Program-made: the position numbers and the translations under genes
Shown: one piece after another, positions 32,209 to 44,050 of the stretch
Numbering within the stretch: the stretch's first letter is position 1
Layout of the letters: every line of letters starts with the position of its first letter
Source: Selaginella moellendorffii
Lineage: Eukaryota > Plantae > Lycopodiophyta
Direction: 5' to 3'
DNA length: 64,000 nt
Assembly (NCBI RefSeq): GCF_000143415.4
Contig: NW_003314274.1
Span: 124,001-188,000, forward strand
The notes under the pieces: model-generated
The model's database searches: none
Told to the model about the DNA's origin: nothing
Seen by the model: the letters and a program-made list of their open reading frames with translations, nothing else

Positions 32209-34230
32209 GAGCGCGATGCGAGCGCGAGTGGACGCCGATGCACATGAGAAACCTGTAGAGAAGGTAGATGAGCGCGAATGTGAGCGTGATCGCGAGTGGG
32301 AGTGCGATGCGAGCACGAGTGTGCAAGCGCGATGCGAGCACGAGTACGAAGCAAAATGCAAAACCTAACCTCACACACGCGAAATGTCACGACGGTTGGT
32401 AATCCCGCAACGTCATCATTCCTCGGACTTGGGCGCCACCATTAATTTCTGGATTGCCGTGCGCATGCATGCACGTGAAATCCAAAAGAAATCCGCAACG
32501 TCATCATTCCTCGGACTGCATGCATGCGAAATCCAAAAGAAAGATCATGATTGGGATATCATTTAATACCCTCGCTATATTTATACCATGCATGATTGGA
32601 TATTCCAAAGCATCTTGTATTTCCAAAAATGCCAGATGTTCAGCTAAATAAAGAATGGTATACAATGTCCTTCTTGATGACCCTGCAAAGAAGCATCTCG
32701 ATCGGACACCACATGAGACCACACGAGCCTTACAATGTTTCAGGGGCATTTGCCATAGATCCGACCGTTATTTTGCTCCAAGATTCTACAGTTTGGTGTG
32801 CATTGACCTTTCCATCGACACTGCAAAGGGACATCACAATCAGATGCAGGATCACAAGAAACTAACTTCATTAACTCTGGTTTCACCAAGATCTACGTAA
32901 GGAGTTATGAAATGAAAGGACCCTCTCTATTGAAATGTGTTTATGGTCCTAGGGGCATTGTGACATATCAAAGGATTATGCATCAAGTTCTGTATTTGCA
33001 TGTTTATCAAGCTACTGAATTGCTAAACCCTAAACCCTCCCTAAATATGTGGCAAATGCTACGTGAAGAAAGATGCCCTTTCTGGGCAAATGCTGTAAGA
33101 GGCAGATGCCGAGCAGATGTATCTCAGGCTAGCGAAGGGGACAAATGAAAACTAGCTATAAACATGATGGGATGCAAATAGATTACTAGGCTGGTCCTGC
33201 AAAAATCAAAAACCATAATTGAAAACATTGAAAATGCAAAAAGAAAGGTTTATAATATTTTTGAATTTTAAGCAACCAAAGGAATGTAAGTAGGGCATGT
33301 TTTTGTAAGTTTAAAAATGCCTCAACCACTTAAATTCCCAAGTAAATAAAGTTGTTTCTATTTTTGGTACAGGTAAACTTTATAGCGTGCGGGCTCATGC
33401 AATTTTAAACCCAAAAATGCACCAAAAAATGCTCGACTAGCATTATTCTTTGAATGGCGTGTGGCCTTATATTGCCATAAATGGACGTACACACACAGCA
33501 TAATTATTCCTTTACACGGTGAATAATCTTGGTGCGGATCGCTGACATAGCATGGCAAAGTTCGAATCACTGACATGGCACAGCTGGATCGAAGCAAGGA
33601 CATGATGTGACAAAGTTCAACGTCCGACAGCAAAGTCTAGAAGCTACTCAGTTTGAAATTTGTCAGAGGAATCATAAGATCTGGTTTGTCAGAGGATTTG
33701 ATGTGACGTTCAAGCGTGTGTTATTTTTGAATTCTCAAACTCATTCCTAGGATTATCATTTTTGTGTGCCATGTTCTTGGTTCTGCTGAGCGTAGTGAGC
33801 GCTGCTTGTGTAAGCGGCGTTGTGAGCTGTGGTTTATGCATCTACGAGCGGTTGCGGCATTGCGAGCGCCATTGCGAGCGGCAGTTTATGCGAGTGGCAG
33901 TTTGTGCAAGCGGCGCTACAAGCAGTTGCGGTGGTGCGAGCAGAGCTACGGTACCACTAATGGTATAAGGGCTCATGCCATCTTGGGGCTTGCAAGTTCA
34001 TCACTAGCATATTGCCAATAGTTTCTTTACCTGCCTGTAGCTGTGTGTTTATCAAGATTGCATGAGGCCTCATGCCAATTTTGTGAATGCGAAATTTCAC
34101 GTGGGTGTCAATAGCATGTTTGAATAATGGCATGTGGCCTCATGCTATTGAGGTTGTTTGGTATGTTATGATTTAGGTCATTCTCCAATCATTTTTTGTA
34201 TGATTTTAACTTCTTTTCTGCACTTTCAGA

Positions 34231-35094
34231 ATGGCCTCTGCAAGTGCGACGCATGTTCCCTCCGTGGATCTTAAGAACTGTGCTACATGGATTCAGGCAA
34301 AGGTGTTTCTAAACAACCCCGAGGGGGAGGTGGTAGCTGAGGGCTTAGCCACAGTTGTCGATCCAAAAGATGCGGTTGCTAATCAAGAATTGGGCTGGGA
34401 TGATATTGGAGTTGCGATTTTAGAGGTTGTTGACACAGAAGAAAACAGTTTGACTATTGGAAGCATTGTGCGGTGGAAATTGAGGCACTTAGTGTTTGAG
34501 AATGTGAAGGATTCACAATCAAACACCACTACAACTGATGACAGAACATCTCTTCATGGGAAAAGAAAGTACACCTTCCTAAAGTGCAGCCAAAGGGATC
34601 TGAGCAACAAACAGAAAAGGCAGAAAATGGCGATGGAGTTTCGAATGGTCTCGACAGTTGCTTGTTGCAAAAGGAGGTGCTGTCAACATGCTGATTGGGA
34701 TGTTATTGAAGAGGAGAGAGCAAGATACAAGACATTGTCCTGGAAGGCAGCTCGCAATTTTGTGTATGAGGCATTACGGTCATCTGTTGATGCTTCAAAA
34801 CATCAGGTGGGGGGCATGGTCTTCCAGAGGGGTTTGGTCTGCATGAAGGCATGGAGAATCATTTATGGAGTCCGTCGAACCACATTCTACAGAATCAAAA
34901 CTGAGTTCGAGGAACAAAGGGTTCAACAGGCAGTCCATGGGAACGACAGTACTCACAAAACCAGGGGTCATGTTGTATATGGAGAGGCAATCTTCAAGAG
35001 GTTTGTCGAGACATGTAGCGAGCAGCAACCACATAAAACCCGCCTCTTGGAAGATGGAACACAAGACACCCAACGAGTTCTCCCTTCCATGTAA
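34231..35094 (+). pseudogene. Sola-like transposase, N-terminal part only (no DDD catalytic core present)
   Basis: CCKRRC ... VCMKAWRIIYGVRRTTFYR ... HGN ... EQQPH pattern typical of Sola transposase N-termini; splice acceptor immediately before the ATG; only ~450 bp remain before the TIR. Confidence 0.7.
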
Positions 35095-35910
35095 TTCCTT
35101 AATAATATGAATGTTATTTAGTTTCATGAAAATACACTAAGGGTCAAATGAGTTAAATGACTTCTCCAGACTAGCAATGCCTCTTGCTACACAATTAAAT
35201 TCGTTAGAAAAAGATAACATTGAATAATATCTAAATGTTCTCACCATTAAGTTATATGTCTGGCTAATAGGAATGACGTTCATCTTGGAAAGCTCACCAC
35301 ACGCTCAATGAACAAACAAATAGTGTGTGCACGCATGCCATCGCTCTTCTTTAGCTTCAGATTCGGCTTGTTCACCTTGACAATGAGATTTATTATACAA
35401 CCAGATGGACTCAGTTTGGACACAAAGTCACCGTGCTAATCACAATGCCCCAGATATGTCTAGCCCCTGGACAAAAAACATATAATTTCACGTCATTTTC
35501 AAATACTTGAAAATTTGTACCTAGTCCCATTTTACTGAATAAATCCCACTTTAACGAAATAGAGCTTAGGAGGAGTTGTACCATGTGCCATGAACGCCAC
35601 CATCAATTGAGTTTTTTGTTCAATTGCAAGCATATAGCATCAAACAATTGTACCAACTACTGCTCTAGAGTCAAAGGAGGAGATTGCTGATCTGCCATGG
35701 AGACGAATGAAAAAAAAAGAGCAAAAGAAGAGAAATGACAAAAAGCTAGAAGGAAATGGTAGATCTAGATAATGCAAAAAGCTAAATCTAAACCAAAATC
35801 CTGAAAGGAAAGAACAAAATAAAGAAAATGGAAAAAGCTAAATCTAAATAATGCAAAAGCTAAATTTAAATTGAAATCCCAAATCCAAGCACTCCCCAAG
35901 GACAATCAAA

Positions 35911-35930
35911 GCTACCCCTCACCTCCACCA
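35911..35930 (-). promoter_or_regulatory. Primer-binding site, probably for tRNA-Ala
   Basis: Minus strand TGGTGGAGGTGAGGGGTAGC directly after the 5' LTR; near-complementary to the plant tRNA-Ala 3' end (...CCCCGCATCTCCACCA). Confidence 0.7.
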
Positions 35931-35931
35931 A

Positions 35932-36106
35932 TGTGAGTGCATGGAATATGGAAAGGGAATACAGAAATGTGCATATCAATTAACCCAAAAACATTAGCTT
36001 ATATACAGAAGCGAGTGGTCCGGATTGAAACCAATCCGATAACTTCTAAAATCCCACTATGCTAATATTAGTATACGGCATCGTAGCCGTACACTTGGCC
36101 CTCACA
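35932..36106 (-). repeat. 5' LTR of the gypsy element
   Basis: TGTGAG...CTCACA direct repeat of 23974-24150. Confidence 0.92.
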
Positions 36107-36176
36107 TAATTAAATTTCTTATTTATCTCCTTATCACTATAAGTTTTTTTATTGCTATCAAGACTTGCATCATTTG

Positions 36177-36655
36177 AAGAGGTAGGCTCATGATGATTTG
36201 TACCTAAAATATTTTATAAATCTCTCATACTGATTATAACAAGCACTTACTTTTATTATATACTCTCTTTTATCATTTTTCAAATGCCTTATATTCTGAA
36301 AAGGTAGGCTCATGATAATTTTTACCTAAAATATTTTATAAAACTCCCATAATAATTATGAAAAACACTTATCTTTATCATATACTCTCTTTTGTCATTT
36401 TTCAAATACCTTATATACTAAAGAGGTAGACTCATGATTATCTGTACTTAAAATGTTTTATAAACTTCTAATAATAATTATAAGAAGTAATTAACTTTAT
36501 TATGTGCCCTCTTTTTCATTTTTTAAATACCTCATTTGTTATAAAGTTAAGCTTATGATCTGTACTTAAAATATATTATAAAATTTCATAATAATTATAA
36601 AAATTACTTACTTTTATCATGCATCCTTTTTTATTATTTTTGAAATACCTCATCT
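36177..36655. repeat. Degenerate AT-rich tandem repeat, ~122-bp unit x4
   Basis: Unit AGAGGTAGGCTCATGAT...TACCTAAAATATTTTATAAA...CATTTTTCAAATACCT recurs near 36177, 36298, 36420 and 36541. Confidence 0.8.
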
Positions 36656-39398
36656 ATTGTATCTTGTGGCATCTTGCTTCCATTAAAAACTTTTTTAGAT
36701 TTTTTACTTCCTTTTATTCTTTTCTCTTAGCCTTCTGTTTTGGTTCTCCTTAGCGTTAAAATTGCCACTTTAAATCCTGGAGATTTTAGCCTTTACTTGC
36801 CTGTTGTCTAAGATGAAGTTGCTCACCCTTCCTCTAATTTTTACTTTTGTGGAACTGTTTTTGAAAGGAAAGGACAAAAGTCAAATTTCTTAAGCATTTT
36901 AACTTTTTTTTGCAAGTTTTCCTCCAGACCTTATATGACCCTAGTGCCTTGATAACCCAAGAGTATTCCAACTTGTAGAATTGTATAGCACCCATACTCC
37001 AAGACACAAGCCTCTTTAAGAACTTTTTGAACTTTATACTGAGCAATTCTTAATTGTAAGGTTCCACTATAATACCATATTCCTTTCCAATAATTTAGAA
37101 TGTTAAAGCTTCTTTTTCCAAAAGTAAGATCCTCATCTTCTAGTGTCAAGTTGTCATGGATGTCTTATTTGTTATGAAAATTAACCACCTGCATCTTCCT
37201 TATCAAAAAAACATTCAATGTTTAATTTATCTTTAACCCTAGCCTTTTGAAGGAAGTTGGACACCAACAATGTTTGTTTGTGTCCATAGAAAATCAAAAC
37301 CTTGCAACTATAATTCTTGTTGCTGACAACTCAAAAAAAAAACATTTTATTTGATCTTTCACCTTTAAATCTGCCAATTCTTGATCTCTTTTTAAATCTA
37401 TAACTAGTAGTTTGATTATGTTATCTTTTTGTGTTAACCATATAGGCCAAGCATTCTGATTATTATCTATGTTGAAAACTCTATATGGATTAGCCTTATT
37501 TTGAAGTGCTAGAAAAACTCAAGCTAGAAAGGGTGGTTTTTTTCTAGTTTGATTCATAAAAGCTTTTATATAAACTTTGTTGTCTAAAATCAAAGATCAA
37601 AATCCTCATTTTAAATCTTCATATTCTGCATAAAAGATTCTCTGCTAGTGTTTATAGTTTAACCCTTCAACTACTTCTTAACACAAAACATTCAATAGGG
37701 AAAGTTCTCCTTTTAGCTCTATATTCTAACCTAATAATACTCATGCACTGCTTGAATATGACTATAAAAGTGATTTCGGGCTTGCTCTAAAACAGCTTCA
37801 GCAAGTATATTTAACAATATTTTAAAAGTTTCACCATAAATTATGATTTTAGGTTCTTTGAACTACGAGTTTTACCTCTTGTATGAGCATAAATAGATAT
37901 TGTCACATTGAAGCTCCTCCAAAGCATTCAATAGGGAAAGTTCTTGTACTATAAAATGAACCATTTTGAATATTATCTATAACACTTATATCACCATCAG
38001 TAAGACTATTATACAATGTCCTATGTAGAAAAGTCACTAATTTTACTGCTATTAAAAATAAGGTGAGAAAAATAGAAGATTGTTAACTTATATATTATTT
38101 TGTAAATAAAAAATAACATAAAAAATTATAGTAAAAAATAATTAAAACATTTTTTAGCTTTATTTTTATATTTTTATAAAATTAGACTTTTTAGCTACTA
38201 GATATAAAAACACATATACACACATGTATAGCCAAAACTATAGTGGGGATATTAGTCAATTGTCACTTAGCATTATATAGGTTCATGTGTCACTCCCTTA
38301 TAGTTTATTATATCTAGAGCATGTTCTTGCTAAAGTAAAACACTATGAGAACTTATTATGGATTGCATCTTTAATTCAGGAAAACAAAAGGCTATTCTCT
38401 TCCCCATATTAGAATTATTCTTCTTTTTCCTTTTTGCCCCTTTTTCATTTCTCCTCATCTTTGATTTGCAAATATTTTTTTGTTACAAGTTTTAGACAAC
38501 AAAAATTATTGCTAATGCAAACTGTATATTGATCAAGAGCTTACAATTTTTCATGGTATTTTTTTCACTTATGCACCTAAATTAGGAGTTGAACTCTAAA
38601 TTGTTTTATAAAATAAAGGGACTTGGAGTATGGTATTAATTAGGGCAAGACCTTTGATTATCTACAAAAATGGATAAACTAAATTCAAGTTATATAGAAC
38701 ACTTTAAACTTCTTGTATTACCATAAGAACTTAAAGCTTTTATATAATTATTGAAACAACCATAAACTACAATAATTTTTTAAGTTACTTTGCTTTAGTT
38801 CTAAGTTATGGCATTGAAGTTAGTGTTTGTGCCATGCCTTTGTGTTTTATTTTAACACACTAGTGTAACAATCAATACCTATCTTTGCATCCTGTCTCCA
38901 ATTAACCTCCAAGACCATTGTTAACTTGGGCTCACTACAACTGCAAAATACATCTAACAAAAGTTGTGTCTTTATTTCTTTGGTTATCTTACCATATTCA
39001 ATAATCTTTCAAAGCTGGTTTATATGTAGATTTATAAGGTTGATTAATTCAGCTGGTTCGAATTAAACTCATATACATTTTTATCACAAATTAAAACTCA
39101 TATAAGTTCTATTCTCGCTCAAGCAACTTTATCCCAAACTACAGTTGCAGTGTGAACTTTGTAAAAAGTTAGGGGTAAAGTCTAAGAGATGTGATTTGGA
39201 AAGAATGGCATCGCATCAATCAACTCCTTAGGCTCTTCAACTTCAAGACCTCACAATCCATAGCACTATTGTATGAGCAACAATTGTTGATACATAAGAG
39301 CTCCAAGTTTGTCCATTGCTTGTTATGGTTGGTTGTGGCATAAAAAAATGAAACGTTCAGCTAAAAATCACTTGATCTAATATATATATATGCACAAG

Positions 39399-39893
39399 TG
39401 TGAGAGAGATCAAGGGAATTTCTAGAGATTGAGAGAGCACAATGAGGTACATTTCTTTCCACTTGCTATAAAGTTCTCCCCTCTCATAAATATGATTGCA
39501 TGACCACTTCATACAACAGATTGGTGACCATTTGCAAGATTGTGAATTTCCTTAGATCAACATATTTATATTTGTCACCACCAAACATAGATTTATGGAG
39601 TGTGTTCTTGAAGATTTAGGAACATGTTGGATGCATGGATTAGTAACACTTCTCTTCTTATCTCAAATCTTAAAGTTAGACTTTCTAGGAATTCTTGAGT
39701 TTTTTGTGCCATTTTCGTGTTAGGATGCATAACTGGAGTTAAGATTCTTAGGAATTCATTGCATATTGGTTGTTTTTCTTCCTAGAGATATGATAGAATA
39801 AGATTCAATGTTTTATTCTTGGTTTTGAGTCTTTTGTTGTGTTATTTGTTTTCTAGGCAAATATTTCATCTTGTTTCTCATTTGGTATCAGAA
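39399..39893 (+). mobile_element. Truncated LTR remnant followed by an iMet PBS
   Basis: ...TTTCTCA-TT-TGGTATCAGA at ~39874-39892; candidate TGTGAGAG start at ~39399; no partner LTR seen. Confidence 0.4.
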
Positions 39894-42311
39894 AATCTCA
39901 TTCTTGCATTGTATCAGTGTCACATATAGTCATTTTCCCCTATCACATTTATTTTTCTTCTCTCTGTTTGGCTTTTTCATGCTTTATACATGACTTTACA
40001 TTTCAAACACAACAACCACATCCAGGTGACAGCTCAACACCACATAAATCTACCACATCATTTAGAGTGCCCTCTCTAGCTGCCAAATTAGCATTACCAA
40101 TTTCCTACCTTCCATCTATACCTTAATTTTGACGGTTTTTGATACCCCTTAAAAGGTGTTTTATTTTTCATAGAATAGAAAATTTTAATTAAGCCTTTTA
40201 AAAGAAGTATTATGATGAAAAAAATACTTTAAAAAAGAAAGGTGTTTAATGATATCAACCTTCAAAAGAAAGGCAATGTTGTAAAAAAAAATTTAACTTT
40301 TGTATTAGTTTTGAACCTTAAACATATAAACAAGGGATGTGGCAGCCTCAATAGGGTTGCCACCATATTGTGGGCCTAGTGTCAAGTTAGTCTATCTTAA
40401 GTAGCACTAAACTCTCATTTTAGGGTTAAATTCTCACAATACCAACAGTAACAGTAGACAATTCTAGGATGGGAAGGCCCAAAAAAGACATCAAGCAATC
40501 AACTTTGGGTAATATTTTAAATAATAATATTTTTAAGGTATTAGACCAAGAAAAAAAAGGTGGGGGAAATGCTTAATACTTCAAAAAGGATTGGCAATTG
40601 ATTTATCCTTGGCTTCTTAGAGTTAGTGTTTTGGGGGTTGTGATAGTGATCCCATTTAACACTATAGAATGTGAATAAGGTTTTAAAAAGTAAAAAAACA
40701 TTAAAACTAAAAGCTTTAAACATGCTAATATTCTTCTCACTTTCAGCTTTGATACTATAGATGTAAATTACCAACTTATATTTAATTATTGGCAAGAAAA
40801 AAAAAGTGCATCTTGAGCTTTGAGTGTACTTAAAGGTTATATAAAATAAAAGCTTGCTTTTGAAACCCAAAACATTTTTTAAACTTTCAAGATGAAAGGT
40901 AGATCAAAACTAAAATTTTCAAAAGAAAAAAAGGGTGTGCCTTTCAAAATCAAGGCATGCCTCCATCAAATTGACCTTGTGACACCTTAGGTGCACAACA
41001 CTATCTACCTTCAAATCAAAGCAACTCCCACACATAAGCATCTTTCCACCAAGAGCTCCACAAAAAGGGGAGAGGGCTACCACTCACGACTCAGTTGCCA
41101 CTAATGCTTAACCAACACCTACCAACACAAGCTTTCCCACGAAGTTACAACCCAACTCATACTCAATCTCGGCAAAGCTACTAAATGTAGACCACACCAA
41201 TAGCAACACTGTTTTTCCCTCCAAGAAGATTCATACCCACCTTCTTAACCCTTGCCCTAGTAATAGCAGCCAACCTTGCTTAACATGGATCACCTACTTG
41301 CACAAAGGAGCCACTAGTTTGGTGATTGCGAGGACAAACAATAATGCCCACACCATAAGCAGCATGCAAATCCAAGCCAATCCTCCCCAAGGCAAGCATC
41401 TGAGAGAGTGTCATAGCAATCTTTGCCCACCCGAAACTCCTTCAGTGATAGCTTGTAGATCTCGCCTACTAGGTATGCTGCTCACGACTTTGGTGGACAT
41501 CCAACATATGGCAATCTGCCAAGGCCACCACCACACCCACCACTATTGCCGGCATTTCTAGGACCTCCATCACAAGGACTAAACATGGCCACCATACCAT
41601 ATGCAATGGTAGAAGCAGTGCTCTCCACAATAGCTATTGGCACCCATGTACTTGATGATGAGATCATTCTACTTGTGGCCTAGATGATCTAACAGCCCAG
41701 GGAACACCACAAAGAGGCACTAACTTAGGTGCAACCATGGCTCTACACTAGAGCCACAACCTCCTCACCAATGCAGCCATTCCACCAACCATCTTTAGAG
41801 GAGCCATATGTGTTGCCACCCACCTAGTGCCAACACTCATGCCACCCCTGTTGCAAGGTGAACAACAAGCCCAATTGGGAATAAAAGGTGACGAGATGAC
41901 CACCCTCAACTCTGGTGACATCCTATATTACCCCTTCGAAAATTGGTAAGGCACGTCCCAATGATAGCTCCTTATCCATGTCAACTATGAAGAATTTCAA
42001 TTTGCCCAAGCCTTACCATGGTTCGAAACCTTGTACTTGCCACCTTTAAATACCAAGATTTCTACCTCTAGCTAATGGAATAACCAAATATCTTTTACAT
42101 CATACTTAAAGAGGAGGGACACTATAGGGCCCTTTTTGGCCAAAGGTGCTTTCAATATAAAGACTACCTCGTATATGCACAAAGCACTTCATCTACAAAC
42201 AAAGCATGCCTTTGTCACTTCCCCACCCATTGTGCCCTTTCACACTCAATATTACTAGGTGGAACAATGTTGCTATACAAAAGATCTTCCACCCAATTGG
42301 CAACTTCATCC

Positions 42312-44050
42312 TGTGAGACACAAAATCCCTAGGCCCCAAAGTGGAGCCGGAAGGGCGCCACATGGTAGTGGCCAAAGCGAGAGCCAAACGAGCGTAACAC
42401 GTTTGGACCAAAAGCTCCGACTTGAAAAGTCAAGAGCGGGAGTGGAACTCCCAACGAAGTGCTCGAGGAATGAGCACGAAGCGAGCAAAAGGTGAGGCTC
42501 CAAAAAGGGACCCAAAAGGACCAACACATGACACGTGGGAGTCCGAGATGGAGTCCGAGGTGGACCCGAGATGGACCCGAGTTGGAGTCCAAAGTGGAGT
42601 CCGAGATGGACCCGAGATGGAGTCCGAGATGGAGTCCGAGATGGAGTCCGAGGTGGACCCGAGATGGACCCGAGTTGGAGTCCGAAGTGGAGTCCGAGAT
42701 GGACCCGAGATGGAGTCCGAGATGGAGTCCGAGGTGGAGTCCGAGGTGGACCCGAGATGGACCCGAAATGGAGTCCGAGATGGACCCGAAATGCAGTCCG
42801 AGATGGAGTCCGAGATGGACCCAAGATGGAGTCCGAGATGGAGTCCGAGATGGACCCGAGATGGACCCGAGATGGAGTCCGAGATGGAGTCCGAGATGGA
42901 GTCCGAAGTCGAGACCGAGACCGGGACCGAGACCGGGACCGAGACCGAGACCAAGATCGAAGCCGAGGCCGAGACCGAGCCCGAGCCCGAGTCCGAGTCC
43001 GAGTCCGAATCCGAGTCCGAGTCCGAGTCCGAGTCCGAGTCCGAGTCCGAGTCCGGAGCCTGAGAGGGTGAAAGCCCAAAGCGTTCGTCTCCCAGACCCT
43101 GGGGGGTTTGGTGAGCTCCAAAAGTATAGTAGGGGGAGGACTGCAGTGGAGCCAGTTTGGCCAGGAAAGGCCAGTTTGGCCCAGGAAGGCCGGACCCAGT
43201 GTTGGGTGATGAGATGCCCACTGGGAAGTCCAAGACTAGAGTGAACACGGACCGACAAGCGGGGTGAAGTGTTCAAGAGCCGGCTCTAGTTCCCCCGGGA
43301 GATCGACTGGCCGATGCTCCCAGTCCAAGTGTGGGTGGCACTACCTACTTGGATACCTGGTGTGGCTCAATGGAACCCGCTCTAAGCCCATGGCTAGAGC
43401 ACCCAAGGGCAGAAGGCGAGGAGAGTACCCAGGTGGCTCGAGTAAGGCCACGGTGTTCCGAAATGTTGTCCCAAAGGCCCAGACTGTGGAAAGGAAGAGG
43501 AGCAGTCCTCTGGGGTAGTGACCAAGGACACAGTCGTGTGGTGAGGAAGTCCTAGAGGACCGTAGGACTAAGTGGTCGGGCCTGTGGGTCTCGATCCAGT
43601 GGCAGTGTTGGCAAACACGGCCAGGGGCAGAAAGGGACTTAGTGGGGACTGACAGAGGGATATTGGGGAAGGCTATTCCCCTTGTCGGTGGGCATCCTAA
43701 GGATGCTAAGGAGTGGATCTGAGATGACCACTCACGGATGGTTTGCCTAGTCTTGGAGGGCCAAGACGGAGATGCAAGTGGTGTTGGACCACCAGTGTGA
43801 CCAAGGTAAATGGGCATGGCCTTAGCGTAACGGGCCGGTACGTCGGTGATACCTTGGGGTGTCGATCATGGGATCGGACACGTGGAGCACTTGGACCAAG
43901 TGCTAAGGTTGAGTGGCATGGATGCCATTCTCGGGGCTAGCAAGCCCCAAGTCCTGAGTTGGACTTATGGAGGTTGTCAATGAGACTCCTCCAAGTGGTC
44001 AGACATGTGGTTAAGTGACTAAAGTAAAATGGAAAATTTAGTCTCTTACA
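42312..44050 (+). repeat. 5' LTR containing a 6/12-bp unit array at ~42538-43058
   Basis: Nearly identical to 48113-49875; array of GAGATGGAGTCC / GAGATGGACCC / GAGACC / GAGTCC units. Confidence 0.95.

Larger units (their letters stand above)
28424..35567 (+). mobile_element. Sola-like (probably Sola2-type) DNA transposon with a truncated transposase and an accessory gene
   Basis: Perfect 24-bp TIRs AAGCTCTATTTCGTTAAAGTGGGA (28424-28447 / 35544-35567); 4-bp TSD AGGA (28420-28423 / 35568-35571); excision restores the gag reading frame; Sola-type transposase N-terminus. Confidence 0.85.
23974..36106 (-). mobile_element. Ty3/gypsy LTR retrotransposon (no chromodomain seen), degenerate, interrupted by a nested DNA transposon
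   Basis: Two ~175-bp TG..CA direct repeats; PPT next to the left LTR; PBS next to the right LTR; gag-PR-RT-RH-INT order on the minus strand. Confidence 0.93.

Noticed and set aside
23969-36111. TSD for the gypsy element
   Set aside because: The flanks AGAAT and TAATT do not match as a 5-mer (GAAT/TAAT is only a near match), so no TSD is claimed.
36700-39350. Possible decayed transposase or helicase on the minus strand
   Set aside because: Only short ORFs without a recognisable catalytic motif are present.
42538-43058. CRISPR-like appearance of the array
   Set aside because: There are no unique spacers and no cas genes, the context is eukaryotic, and the array is duplicated as part of the LTRs.
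42306-43276. Long six-frame ORFs rich in RS, SPRW, ES and GL repeats (also at 48050-49101)
   Set aside because: They are by-products of stop-poor tandem units in the LTR array: open in all frames and without any domain.
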